From Escherichia phage phiEco273, in the sequence record PP786691.1: a stretch of 44,707 nucleotides of DNA; one strand, given 5' to 3'. Positions within the stretch are counted from its first letter, which is position 1. Each line of letters starts with the position of its first letter. A program made the position numbers and the translations under genes. Below, piece after piece: positions 35,264 to 44,215 of this stretch. The notes beneath the pieces were generated by a model that saw only the letters and a list, made by a program, of their open reading frames with translations, did no database searches and had not been told where the DNA came from.

Positions 35264-35617
35264 TTAGCCCCTTAGCTGTAATTGAAACAGCATGGTAATG
35301 CCCGCCGGTTGCAGGGGGTTGGGGTTGATAACCCGGTAGTCTGTATTGTTCAGGCTAACCAAATCTCCGACCTTTACTTCCTTGACGGCCTGGCATAAAA
35401 ACTTCACATCCCCGGCAACGATACGCGTACCGTCGATCTCGCTCGGCTTGTACTCCTCGCGAAGCCCGATGACGTCAAACGAGGTCGCAGGGATGACCAC
35501 TTCGTCGCCGTCTACGCGGTCAACCGACCCAGGACGCGTAACCGTAACGGTCATGCCGAACTTTTTAATCAGCGGATTGACTTTCCGCTTTAATCCCGTG
35601 TAATTAAAGCCCGCCAT
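35264..35617 (-). CDS. head-tail joining protein
   Basis: ORF 35264..35623; second ATG (35617) has AGGAGG at correct spacing. Confidence 0.45.
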   Translation of the reverse strand: MAGFNYTGLKRKVNPLIKKFGMTVTVTRPGSVDRVDGDEVVIPATSFDVIGLREEYKPSEIDGTRIVAGDVKFLCQAVKEVKVGDLVSLNNTDYRVINPNPLQPAGITMLFQLQLRG

Positions 35618-35721
35618 TTTCATCCTCCTGTACCGGTGGTTCCGGTTCTGGCGCTGGTTCCTGTTCCGGTTGGCGTTTAGTATTTGCGGCGATAATAGCC
35701 GCCAGTAATGCAGGATTCATA

Positions 35722-36222
35722 TCACCCCCGGAATACGTCAAAATTACCCGCTGCGTTGCCGTCTACATTCACCCAGTAGCCCAGCAAGCCATCCCACCAC
35801 GGGAAAGACACACCGCTACCAATCGTCGCGGCGTCATACTCCATCGTGATCGGGCCTACCGTTTCACGGATAGTCTCCTTTCCATCGCTGACCGGAGAAA
35901 TATCAACATCGTCCGCCACCAACATTGCCAGCCGGTAAACTGCTTGCTCAACGGCAACAGGGATTGATGCGAAGTCTACAATCTGCCCCGCCGGAACTAC
36001 TGTCAAATCTTCAGTAAGCGTGTTTTGCACCGGCTTACCGTCTGACGGGTAGTTGACGCGGGGCCATGCGTCAATTCCGGTCGGGTCCGCTTGTTCGCCG
36101 ATCCAGTCGATGCCGTTAAGGAAGTCATTAACAATGGTAAGGTGTCGCGTTGCGTCGCTCTGCGTAATTTCAACGCCTCGCGCCGCGGCATAAACAACAA
36201 ATGTTTGCGGGTCGCCATACAT
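35722..36222 (-). CDS. head-tail connector / head completion protein
   Basis: ATG 36222 with GGAG RBS (track ORF 35722..36408 has an Arg-rich spurious extension over the capsid gene terminator). Confidence 0.5.
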   Translation of the reverse strand: MYGDPQTFVVYAAARGVEITQSDATRHLTIVNDFLNGIDWIGEQADPTGIDAWPRVNYPSDGKPVQNTLTEDLTVVPAGQIVDFASIPVAVEQAVYRLAMLVADDVDISPVSDGKETIRETVGPITMEYDAATIGSGVSFPWWDGLLGYWVNVDGNAAGNFDVFRG

Positions 36223-36233
36223 TAGATTCACTC

Positions 36234-36262
36234 CTATAAAAAAGGCGGGCTTATGCCCGCCC
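36234..36262 (-). terminator. intrinsic terminator after major capsid gene (GGCGGGC-ATAA-GCCCGCC + TTTTTT on minus strand)
   Basis: Direct reading. Confidence 0.6.
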
Positions 36263-36280
36263 ATTTGGGATGTGCGTAGA

Positions 36281-37312
36281 TCAGGACGCTTTGGTCGGGG
36301 TAAGCGTAACCAGTACGCCTGCCGTTTCCTTGATGTGACGGGTCGGCACTTCCTGCGCGGCCTGGGTCTTACGACGGCCTTTAGTATCGCCATCACCAAC
36401 AGCGCCAACGTCCTGCACGGTTGCAGGGGCGTTGTCTACCTGGCCCTGGTCCAGTTCCCAGTTAGCGGAAGTGGTGATGTCGGACAGTTTGAACGAGCGA
36501 ACACCTTCGACCGGAGTACGTGCGGACGCCTTCAGACGATAGCCTTTAACCGCCACGTTGAAGTCGAACTCGCCCTGCCACCAACGTTCGATGTTCTCGT
36601 TACCGCCTTTCTCCTGCGCCAGCATATCAAGACCGTTGGTAGTAACTGCAACCGCGCCAGGGACCAGACCAAGCATGTTACCCGTGCCCATAGCATCGGC
36701 AGCGGCATCGGAGATAATGAAGCGACGGCCCAGGCCATCACCCATTACCTGGAGATCGCCAATTGCGAATACCTGTTCTGCGGAAGGGAGTGCCTGGTAC
36801 GCAATGAAGTTTGCCCAGGTGACGCCGTCCATAAACCAGGACTTAATCAAAGACGCCTGATCGCCGAACTTAGAAGCCGCCAGCGGGAAGTCTGCCAGGG
36901 TCGGGAAGGTACGACCGCCAACGCCGTCAACGCGCGCCGGTTGGGTGTATTTTGCCGCTGCGTTGCTCTCGATCGCCGCTTTACTTGCGCCGATACCCGC
37001 CTTCAGGTAATGCAGCATAATAGCTTGAGTAGCCTGTGCCGCAATCTCAGCCGCAACGCTGTTAACGTTGGTTTCGATCTTAGCCATCATGGCCTTAGTG
37101 ATTGCTACCGGACCCACTTTCGCCGACAGGTTAACGGAGTTGGTCAGCATACGCGCCAGCACTTTTGCGGTCGCCGGAGTACCGACAGGGGCATAGGCGT
37201 TACGGTCGGTAACGAGGTTGGCGATCAAGCCTACGGACATTTTTTCTACAACGTCCTTCAGCACTTCACCCGTACCGAGAACAACAGCGCCGTTAGCGGC
37301 GGCGTTGAACAC
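36281..37312 (-). CDS. major capsid protein (main ORF; likely true start at ATG 37382 in another frame, see findings)
   Basis: 343-aa ORF from GTG without RBS; ATG with AAAGGA RBS at 37382 opens a 20-codon ORF in a different frame; composition and position typical of a major capsid protein. Confidence 0.7.
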   Translation of the reverse strand: MFNAAANGAVVLGTGEVLKDVVEKMSVGLIANLVTDRNAYAPVGTPATAKVLARMLTNSVNLSAKVGPVAITKAMMAKIETNVNSVAAEIAAQATQAIMLHYLKAGIGASKAAIESNAAAKYTQPARVDGVGGRTFPTLADFPLAASKFGDQASLIKSWFMDGVTWANFIAYQALPSAEQVFAIGDLQVMGDGLGRRFIISDAAADAMGTGNMLGLVPGAVAVTTNGLDMLAQEKGGNENIERWWQGEFDFNVAVKGYRLKASARTPVEGVRSFKLSDITTSANWELDQGQVDNAPATVQDVGAVGDGDTKGRRKTQAAQEVPTRHIKETAGVLVTLTPTKAS

Positions 37313-37479
37313 GTTCAGGTTATCGGGGATTATTTTGCGTAACCGCGGTAACGAGTTTACGCTGGAACACTGTTAAAGACATATCTAAATCCTTTGAGTT
37401 GTGAGCATACGCCCAGTACCGTTAATGTTACCCTAGATTTACGCGCTCGCAAAATTGCCCGCTTTCGCGGGCAATTTGC

Positions 37480-38181
37480 TTACTCGTCGCCCATTTTAGC
37501 GATGATTTCACCGGCCTGTTTCGTTAAGTCAGTGATACCGAAGCTGTGGCCCATAGTGATTTTCGACTTCACATCTTCGACAACCTGCGTCGGTTTGCTA
37601 GGCGCACCACCGGCTGGCGTGCCAGCCAGGACGGATGCAAAATCGGCGTTATTACGGAACTCTTTTTCAAGCTCTTCCATAGTCAGCGCGGACGGTTTGC
37701 CATCCTGCAAAACACGCACTTTCAAGCTGCCGTCTTCGCCGTCTTCCAGCGTGAGGCGGTCCATAACGTGGCGTTGCATAATGCCAGCATTCTTACCGAA
37801 TAACTTCGAGGCCAGGTCTTTGGCAGCGCTGCCGATGGTTAGATCGTGGATCTGCTTGCGGTAGGCTTCGATTTTTCCCGATGTGTCTGCTTCGTGTTTC
37901 GCAAACTTATCTTTCCAGGACTTGTCGATCGCTTCGAGGTCGCCATTTTTGCGCGCGGCGGCTTCCTCTTTCTCTTTCGCAAGGCGCTCGGCTTCGGCGC
38001 GACGTTCGGCTTCGGCTTTCTTCTCGCTAACCAGCTTCGCGTTATTGTCTTTCAGACCCTTAATCTCCGACTGTACTTCTTCGGCGGTCATGAACGTTGA
38101 TTTATACCCGTCACCATCGGCAACAAAAAGCGCCTTCATACCTTCCGGCAACGCGTCATATTCTGCTTTAGTAAGTTTCAT
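37480..38181 (-). CDS. scaffolding protein
   Basis: ATG 38181 with GGGGGA RBS; acidic, coiled-coil rich (KAEAERRAEAERLAKEKEEAAARK), immediately upstream of capsid gene. Confidence 0.55.
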   Translation of the reverse strand: MKLTKAEYDALPEGMKALFVADGDGYKSTFMTAEEVQSEIKGLKDNNAKLVSEKKAEAERRAEAERLAKEKEEAAARKNGDLEAIDKSWKDKFAKHEADTSGKIEAYRKQIHDLTIGSAAKDLASKLFGKNAGIMQRHVMDRLTLEDGEDGSLKVRVLQDGKPSALTMEELEKEFRNNADFASVLAGTPAGGAPSKPTQVVEDVKSKITMGHSFGITDLTKQAGEIIAKMGDE

Positions 38182-38329
38182 GCTATCCCCCTGGGATTGT
38201 GGCAAAGCGGGCCACCCGCTTGACTTCACGCCTTAATATTATCAGCGATAAAAATAATCGCAAAATTCGCTTGCAATCCGAGTATTGGTTGCATTATATT
38301 GGTTGCACACCAACAACGAGGACACAAAA

Positions 38330-39094
38330 ATGAGACTTACTAAAGACATTAAAAATCAGATTCTGGCTAACATCCTGCGCGACCACGAAATCGCAACCGA
38401 AGCCAAACAAATCATGATGGACTCGCGCGACCTGGCTTATGCCATTACGCTGGACTGTATGCCGGAAGGCATTCGCACGTTCGCCGAGCTACTCGCGCGC
38501 ATTGAAGCAATCGGCGATGACCCGTCGCAGATGTACGGCGTCTGCGTATACACCAACAAGGCGACGTATAGTTATAACACAGACCGCCCAAAAGGTATCG
38601 GCAGCGTTTACGACGCCACTTTCGAAATCAACGCAGGCGGAAACGTCCGTACCGTGTCATTGAGCGGAGACGGACACCGATTCCGAGTACATCGCGGATA
38701 CTGGGAGTATAAATACATGAATAAACTGTCTCCCGATCTCGGCGATATTGTGCCAGGGTATGAGGAAATTTTGTTAGCGTCAGTGTGCGAAGTCGACGAC
38801 GACGGGAAAGCGCTGCCGATATACATGCCACGCGGTCGTATAGACTACCCGGCGGACCATGATTTCTGTAAGCGCCTGGACCGTAACGACAAGGCCCGCC
38901 GTGAGTTGCGGGCTAAGTATGACGCGTTCAAGTTGACCGTTACCGGTGTGCTGGACCTGCACAATACTGACAAGAAGCTGATTAAGGCATGGCCTGAAGT
39001 TGAGCAATTCATCCCTTACCCGGACAAGCCAAAATCCACGGCGGTGGCGCTGGACGTGAAAACACTCAACGAGATTTGCGGCATTCCGCGCTAA
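38330..39094 (+). CDS. hypothetical protein (254 aa), opposite-strand moron within head module
   Basis: ATG 38330 with GAGGA RBS; preceded by TTGGTTGCAT/TATATT promoter-like element and followed by bidirectional terminator. Confidence 0.55.
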   Translation: MRLTKDIKNQILANILRDHEIATEAKQIMMDSRDLAYAITLDCMPEGIRTFAELLARIEAIGDDPSQMYGVCVYTNKATYSYNTDRPKGIGSVYDATFEINAGGNVRTVSLSGDGHRFRVHRGYWEYKYMNKLSPDLGDIVPGYEEILLASVCEVDDDGKALPIYMPRGRIDYPADHDFCKRLDRNDKARRELRAKYDAFKLTVTGVLDLHNTDKKLIKAWPEVEQFIPYPDKPKSTAVALDVKTLNEICGIPR

Positions 39095-39096
39095 CG

Positions 39097-39125
39097 AAAA
39101 AGGGGCCATTACGGCCCCTTAATCA
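39097..39125. terminator. bidirectional terminator (GGGGCC-ATTAC-GGCCCC flanked by A5 / T-rich)
   Basis: Direct reading between 39094 (+ stop) and 39109 (- stop). Confidence 0.55.
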
Positions 39126-39348
39126 TTTGCTGCAACTCCAACACCTGCGCCCTCAGCTTCGCCCCGCATTCCATATTTTTCACGTCAATCATCAAATCCT
39201 CGTCGGGGTCCGCGGACGGGCTATCGAACTTGCACGGCGGTCGCAGTGCCGACTCCGTTAGCGGCATCAACGGCGCGTTGCTTGATCCGCACGCGCTCAG
39301 CATCAAAACTACAATCAGGGCGGTTAGGGCGCGTAACATATTTAACAA
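39109..39348 (-). CDS. o-spanin (Rz1-like outer-membrane lipoprotein)
   Basis: 79 aa; signal peptide with lipobox LSAC; Pro-rich mature region; overlaps 3' end of i-spanin in another frame. Confidence 0.55.
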   Translation of the reverse strand: MLNMLRALTALIVVLMLSACGSSNAPLMPLTESALRPPCKFDSPSADPDEDLMIDVKNMECGAKLRAQVLELQQMIKGP

Positions 39349-39580
39349 CCTCTTTCGTGATAGTCCGGTATTCTACGTCGCGGGCTTGTTCTGCCTGCAC
39401 GGAGCGCTCAACAACTTTAGTTTGCTGCCGTTGGGCTTTTGCTCGTGCCTGTTTCTCAGCCTCTGCCACTACGCCAGCGCGATAGGAGTCCCCTAGCCAG
39501 AATCCTACCGCCAGACCGATAACCAGTCCGATCGCTGCATATTTAATCACGCCATAACCCCCGGTTTTTAAGCTGTGCAA
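39221..39580 (-). CDS. i-spanin (Rz-like)
   Basis: 119 aa; N-terminal TM helix then charged coiled coil (AEAEKQARAKAQRQQ). Confidence 0.55.
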   Translation of the reverse strand: MHSLKTGGYGVIKYAAIGLVIGLAVGFWLGDSYRAGVVAEAEKQARAKAQRQQTKVVERSVQAEQARDVEYRTITKEVVKYVTRPNRPDCSFDAERVRIKQRAVDAANGVGTATAVQVR

Positions 39581-40646
39581 TAGTCATCAGTTCGCCAGAA
39601 TCGGTAAACATCTTCGGCACTTTCACGCCGCGCATAATCTGGTCGGCGCGCTGCACCCCATATAATTCCTCCAGGATGTGGCGCGGCTGGCGCTGCACCC
39701 ATGAGAAGAAATCTGTCTGCGCGTCGACCTGCTCACTAAGCAATCTGCCTGCGTCGGCCTTCAGTGCCGGACGCTTACCACTGGGCCAATCTTCCATACC
39801 TTTGACTTTCCACGTCTCCGTTGAGCGGCAGCAATAATGTAGCTTGCCCGGACCAGCGCCATACTGTGATCCCGCCACCACTTTTCCGCCTCGCTTCCCT
39901 TTCGTATCGGGAGTAACATCAACCGGATAAAACAGGCGATCGCGTAGCTGGCACATGGGAGAAGTATGCGTGTCCAATGTAGATAACCATTGGCGACCTT
40001 CGAGAATATCGTCATTAGCTTTCACCATTAATTCGCGGGCGGTCGCCGCATAGTGGTTGACTGCGGACTTAACAACGCTTGATATTGCTTGCGCACTTCG
40101 ACCGCCTAGCGCGCGCCTCACATCCGCGATAATTTCCATCGTCGGCTTGCCCTGGATGAATCCGGCACGCACCTGATTGCCGATCTGCGTCCTGGTCCAC
40201 TCGGAAAGTGAATCGGGCCACTGCATCATGGTGTTACCCTGGAACGGGTTTTTCATTGCAGTCGCCGCGATCTGCGCGCCGGTCACAACACCCACCACCT
40301 CAACAGCCGGTACGGCGACCGCGGGCTGGATCGCTGCCGTTAATGTGTCGGCGAGATAATCAGCCTCGGTGTCGGCGAACTCCTGAAGGCTTTCCGCCAA
40401 CACCTTAAACTCGGTGCGCAGTTCTGTTTTAACGGTCTTGTCGAGTTGCGTTAACAGAGTGGTAAGTGCCTTGTTGTTCATGGACTTTTTGCCATCAAGT
40501 AACTCGGTCAGCTTACCCAGTAACGTGGGCCGGAACTTCTCCCACATAGCCAACACCCTCCGCGCCTGGTCATTGCTCAGGCGCTGGGTGAAGATGTGAC
40601 GGCGGATCATGCGATCCGCCATATATTGATTAATTGTTCTCGCCAT
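39543..40646 (-). CDS. head morphogenesis protein (minor head protein)
   Basis: 367 aa directly downstream of portal gene; synteny. Confidence 0.6.
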   Translation of the reverse strand: MARTINQYMADRMIRRHIFTQRLSNDQARRVLAMWEKFRPTLLGKLTELLDGKKSMNNKALTTLLTQLDKTVKTELRTEFKVLAESLQEFADTEADYLADTLTAAIQPAVAVPAVEVVGVVTGAQIAATAMKNPFQGNTMMQWPDSLSEWTRTQIGNQVRAGFIQGKPTMEIIADVRRALGGRSAQAISSVVKSAVNHYAATARELMVKANDDILEGRQWLSTLDTHTSPMCQLRDRLFYPVDVTPDTKGKRGGKVVAGSQYGAGPGKLHYCCRSTETWKVKGMEDWPSGKRPALKADAGRLLSEQVDAQTDFFSWVQRQPRHILEELYGVQRADQIMRGVKVPKMFTDSGELMTIAQLKNRGLWRD

Positions 40647-42150
40647 CGTCCGCTACCTTGTCCGGGTCTTCTTCGGTAGATTCTACCGCATCCGGGGACA
40701 TTTGAGGCAATGGGTTCTGATTTCGCAACTCGTCTTCCACCTGCTCGACGGTCTGCGAGTCATCAATGACCCCCTGTGCCATCATCCACTTGATAAAGTC
40801 AGCCAGTCGGACAGTACCGGTCTGCACACCTGCCATCATCGCGGTCATAAGCTGTGCGTCAACCGTGATTTCGGTGTAGAACTTATTCAGCGTTACGCGT
40901 TGATCTGCGGTGTCGCCAGTGAACAGCTTGACGATTTGCAGCGCACGGTTGAAAGCCTTCTCAACGTTACCGGCAATTAGTGACAGGATACTGTTATCAG
41001 TCTGCGCATCGTAGGCCGCTTCAGTTGCCGTCTTCGGTGCGGTCCCCTTCTCGACCAGGGCCGCGCCCAGTTTAGCCATTTGCAATTCGCGGCGCTCACA
41101 CAGTGCAACAGACAAGTTGCGCTCCTCCGCCTGAAGCAGTTTGGCGTCCATGTTCTGGCCCAGGATAACGCCCTTAGTTGCCCCGAGCGCGATTCCGCCT
41201 TTCAGGTTCTTGTCCGCCCATGACTGGGTCAGACCGGTCGCAATGAGTGTAGGCTGGCCCACGATGTGCGCAATCTCTGCGACGTCTGCTTCGGCGTTGT
41301 AGTGCTTAATGTTGATGGACGCAATATCCGCCAGCGGTGCGGCGTCCGGTGTCGCGTTGTTGTCCACCGCACCACACCAGCAAAACGGCAGTTGAGTAAG
41401 CGCATTACCGGAGGCATCCACCAGCGGTACAAGGTCGGTGCGGGTAAACCCACGCGGCAAGTCCATTTGCACCTCGGACGTGTCGGCGTTGTAAAACCAG
41501 CGGCGGGCGTGTGCCGCACCGTTAATCATGCGAAGCTCGGTCCAGATCGTTACTTCGTGGTTTGCGAAGTCGTCCGGGTCTTCGGTGCTGATTTCGTCCG
41601 TTTCCTTCAGCACAATTAGCGTATCAACGCCGTGGGTCTGCCGCCAGTTGATGATCTGTTCTGCCGTGTACAGGCGGATCAACGGACGGTGCGCCGCCAT
41701 CTCAGCGGCGGTCTGCGGCACTACGTTACCCAGTTCATCAAAGTTAGCCTGGCGGTCGTAGTCCACCATAAAGCCCGCTCGGCCCGATTGCAGCACTTCC
41801 GACATAGCACCGCGCAGGAGTTGCGGCAGCGGCATACCACTGCCGTCAACGTCATCAATCAGGTCAGCCATTGCCCCGGAAAGGTCCAGACTTACCGGCT
41901 TCGCAAAGGCAACGCCTAACAGCGCGTTTAGTGTGCGGGCGGTGGCGTTCAGGAATACAGCGCGTTGCTTATACGCTTTATACCGCGCCCGTGATTTAGG
42001 GTCGGTGTTGTCCCCGCTGGCTGGGTGTGGCAGATACAAAGGGCCGCACGCCTTCACGGCGCGCTCACCTGCTACACAATCACGGATCATTTTCCACTCT
42101 GGCGCGATGCGCGCATAGAGCGGGTGCTGGTTGTCAACGTTAACGGTCAT
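40630..42150 (-). CDS. portal protein
   Basis: 506 aa; between terminase large subunit and head morphogenesis genes; acidic C-terminus. Confidence 0.75.
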   Translation of the reverse strand: MTVNVDNQHPLYARIAPEWKMIRDCVAGERAVKACGPLYLPHPASGDNTDPKSRARYKAYKQRAVFLNATARTLNALLGVAFAKPVSLDLSGAMADLIDDVDGSGMPLPQLLRGAMSEVLQSGRAGFMVDYDRQANFDELGNVVPQTAAEMAAHRPLIRLYTAEQIINWRQTHGVDTLIVLKETDEISTEDPDDFANHEVTIWTELRMINGAAHARRWFYNADTSEVQMDLPRGFTRTDLVPLVDASGNALTQLPFCWCGAVDNNATPDAAPLADIASINIKHYNAEADVAEIAHIVGQPTLIATGLTQSWADKNLKGGIALGATKGVILGQNMDAKLLQAEERNLSVALCERRELQMAKLGAALVEKGTAPKTATEAAYDAQTDNSILSLIAGNVEKAFNRALQIVKLFTGDTADQRVTLNKFYTEITVDAQLMTAMMAGVQTGTVRLADFIKWMMAQGVIDDSQTVEQVEDELRNQNPLPQMSPDAVESTEEDPDKVADDGENN

Positions 42151-42161
42151 GGTCGGTTTCC

Positions 42162-43547
42162 TTAGTAGAAGTCTACAGTTGGAACAACGGCGATCGGACG
42201 AATCACAGGGAACAAGTGCGCAATAGGGTAGCCAGCCGCGTCATTCATGTGGTCCACACCGGCAGTTTTATCCGGCTCGCCTTTCTTCAGGTCGTACACC
42301 TGCTGTTCCAGACATTTCGCTAGTGTAGGGCATTTATCCAGGTTGACAAAATACTGGCGCACGCCCTTCGAGTTGCACATCATCGTATTCATCGCGATAA
42401 GTCTGTCTTTCACAGGCGGGTTAACGCTGTCGTATTCCACCTCGAAGCCCGCGTCTTCCAGTTGCGCGATATCAGACGAGGATGCGTTAACAGTCTTACG
42501 AGACTTGCCACTGCTATCCGGGTAAACGACAACCTTACCGGCAGCGCAATGATCTGGGTAGCGCTCCTCGATCGCCTCAATCATAGCCGGTGTGTCAAAC
42601 AGGTCCACAAATTCATCCACCGCGTGAATCTCGTCGCGGAACTCCTTGTTCTCGGTGGTACGCTGCCGTCTTACATACACGACCGCCGCCATTTTCGTGA
42701 CGTTAAAGTCCATACCGATAATCAGCGTGTCTTCCGGCTGCACTTCTTCGGTGCTTGCGTTCTCCTCACGGTTAAACATCTTGTATACCGCGCCCGACGT
42801 AAGGTTAACAAACATACCGTTCAGGTACGCATCGATCAGGTTAGCCGGGTACTGACTGCGAAGCGTGTCGATAAAGTCTGCCGGTAAATGGTGGTTGTCG
42901 GTGGTCTTCGCCCGGATCAGGCGCTTTTGGCTATCCTTCTCCACCTCGAAGATTTGATACATCGCCCGGAAGCCTTCCGGCGTGGACACGATGACAAACT
43001 GGCGGACAAGACCTGCACGCAGACGACCGAGCAATTTGTGATAAGCCGCCATTGCGACGTCTTGCTTCGTGGTGTCGAACTCGTCGGCAACAATCCACGC
43101 GGCGTTAACCCCGATTAGGCGGGTGTAGTTCTCCATTGACTCGCAGATAACGCGGGTCCATTTTCCTTTCACCAGAACGCTATAGATCTTGTCCTGCTTG
43201 TTGAACTTCCACCGGAAGCCCGCCTCGTCGAAAGCCTTCTCCAGTTCCGGATACATGATTTTAACCAGGAGTGGGATAGTCGGCTCGGTCACGATGCCGT
43301 CATGCCCCGGGTTCAGTGTCAGAAGCTGGATGACCTTTCTCGCAGCGACCCACGACTTTCCACCACCGAAGCCGGAACACAGGCCGAGGATTTTAGTCTT
43401 CGTGTCGCGCAGTAGTTCCACCTGGTGCGGAAGGCAATCAGGCTGGTACAGGCGGACGGCCTGCGCAACGCGCGTCGGGCGTGGTGGTCGGTTGCGCTTT
43501 GCGATCGCGCGCTCCAGTGCGCGGTGTTCTGCCGCATAGTTACGCAT
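42162..43547 (-). CDS. terminase large subunit
   Basis: 461 aa; Walker A-like GLCSGFGGGKS, Walker B-like AWIVADEFD, C-terminal nuclease-like region. Confidence 0.8.
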   Translation of the reverse strand: MRNYAAEHRALERAIAKRNRPPRPTRVAQAVRLYQPDCLPHQVELLRDTKTKILGLCSGFGGGKSWVAARKVIQLLTLNPGHDGIVTEPTIPLLVKIMYPELEKAFDEAGFRWKFNKQDKIYSVLVKGKWTRVICESMENYTRLIGVNAAWIVADEFDTTKQDVAMAAYHKLLGRLRAGLVRQFVIVSTPEGFRAMYQIFEVEKDSQKRLIRAKTTDNHHLPADFIDTLRSQYPANLIDAYLNGMFVNLTSGAVYKMFNREENASTEEVQPEDTLIIGMDFNVTKMAAVVYVRRQRTTENKEFRDEIHAVDEFVDLFDTPAMIEAIEERYPDHCAAGKVVVYPDSSGKSRKTVNASSSDIAQLEDAGFEVEYDSVNPPVKDRLIAMNTMMCNSKGVRQYFVNLDKCPTLAKCLEQQVYDLKKGEPDKTAGVDHMNDAAGYPIAHLFPVIRPIAVVPTVDFY

Positions 43548-44098
43548 TATTCGCCCTGGCCTTTTCCGGTAGGTTCGACAACGACGTCGCCGTTATCATC
43601 TTCGTCGTCATCCAGTGGGATATCGTCGCGTACGCCGTGGTTTGCTTTAAGCAGGAACGTAGCGAAGCCCGCCGCGATGGTCACGCCGCCAGCTTCCATC
43701 AGGAAAGTTTTCTGCAACTCCATTGCGTCAGCCATCGCCTCGGCGAACTCCTCATGTGCACGCGCCCAGCGGTACAGGCAGGCAACGCCCACACCGATTT
43801 CCGCGGCAAATCTGCCGAAGGTTGGCATTTTGTTGCGGGGAATTACTTGCGCAGCGCCTTTATCGGAGTAATTGACCTGCCAGGCGTCGGCGTCGGCAAA
43901 ATAGCGACGAAGCTGGTCGCAGTAAACAGATCGGTAGTCAGTAGGGCGTCCACATTTGCCGCCTTTACGGCGCTTTCCGTACTCGATTTCAGGTCCGAGA
44001 TTGGTATGCTCAGTTTGCTCGCCTGGTTTACGGCGCGGGGTTACTGCTACTCGTCCGTCCAGTTTGGCGCGTCGGCCCTTAACTTTGATTTCTGCCAT
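43547..44098 (-). CDS. terminase small subunit
   Basis: ORF 43547..44197; probable start ATG 44098; basic N-terminal DNA-binding-like region (GRPTDYRSVYCDQL...), acidic C-terminus; overlaps terL start. Confidence 0.55.
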   Translation of the reverse strand: MAEIKVKGRRAKLDGRVAVTPRRKPGEQTEHTNLGPEIEYGKRRKGGKCGRPTDYRSVYCDQLRRYFADADAWQVNYSDKGAAQVIPRNKMPTFGRFAAEIGVGVACLYRWARAHEEFAEAMADAMELQKTFLMEAGGVTIAAGFATFLLKANHGVRDDIPLDDDEDDNGDVVVEPTGKGQGE

Positions 44099-44168
44099 GA
44101 TATATGCCCTTTTGTTCATATGCGCCGACCATCGGCAACATAGGAGACGGCCCTGCCATCTAATGGGG

Positions 44169-44197
44169 ATTATAACAGGCACAAAAAAGCCCACCAA
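44169..44197 (-). promoter_or_regulatory. candidate late promoter: -35 TTGGTG (44197-44192), 17-bp spacer, extended -10 TGTTATAAT (44177-44169)
   Basis: Perfect TATAAT with TG extension read on minus strand upstream of terS. Confidence 0.4.
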
Positions 44198-44212
44198 ATC
44201 GGCGGGCTGGGA
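44183..44212 (-). terminator. intrinsic terminator ending the junction-spanning operon (AGCCCGCC-GATTT-GGTGGGCT + TTTTTT on minus strand)
   Basis: Direct reading; overlaps -35 of the candidate late promoter. Confidence 0.5.
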
Positions 44213-44215
44213 GGG

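Noticed and set aside
35722-36408. N-terminal 62-codon extension of the connector ORF
   Set aside because: Extension is Arg/Pro-rich, overlaps the capsid-gene terminator and lacks an RBS; ATG at 36222 has a GGAG RBS at correct spacing.
36272-37342. 356-aa plus-strand ORF
   Set aside because: Lies antisense to the major capsid gene, with Arg/Cys/Gly-rich composition typical of GC-rich antisense frames; the minus-strand ORF has capsid-like composition and operon context.
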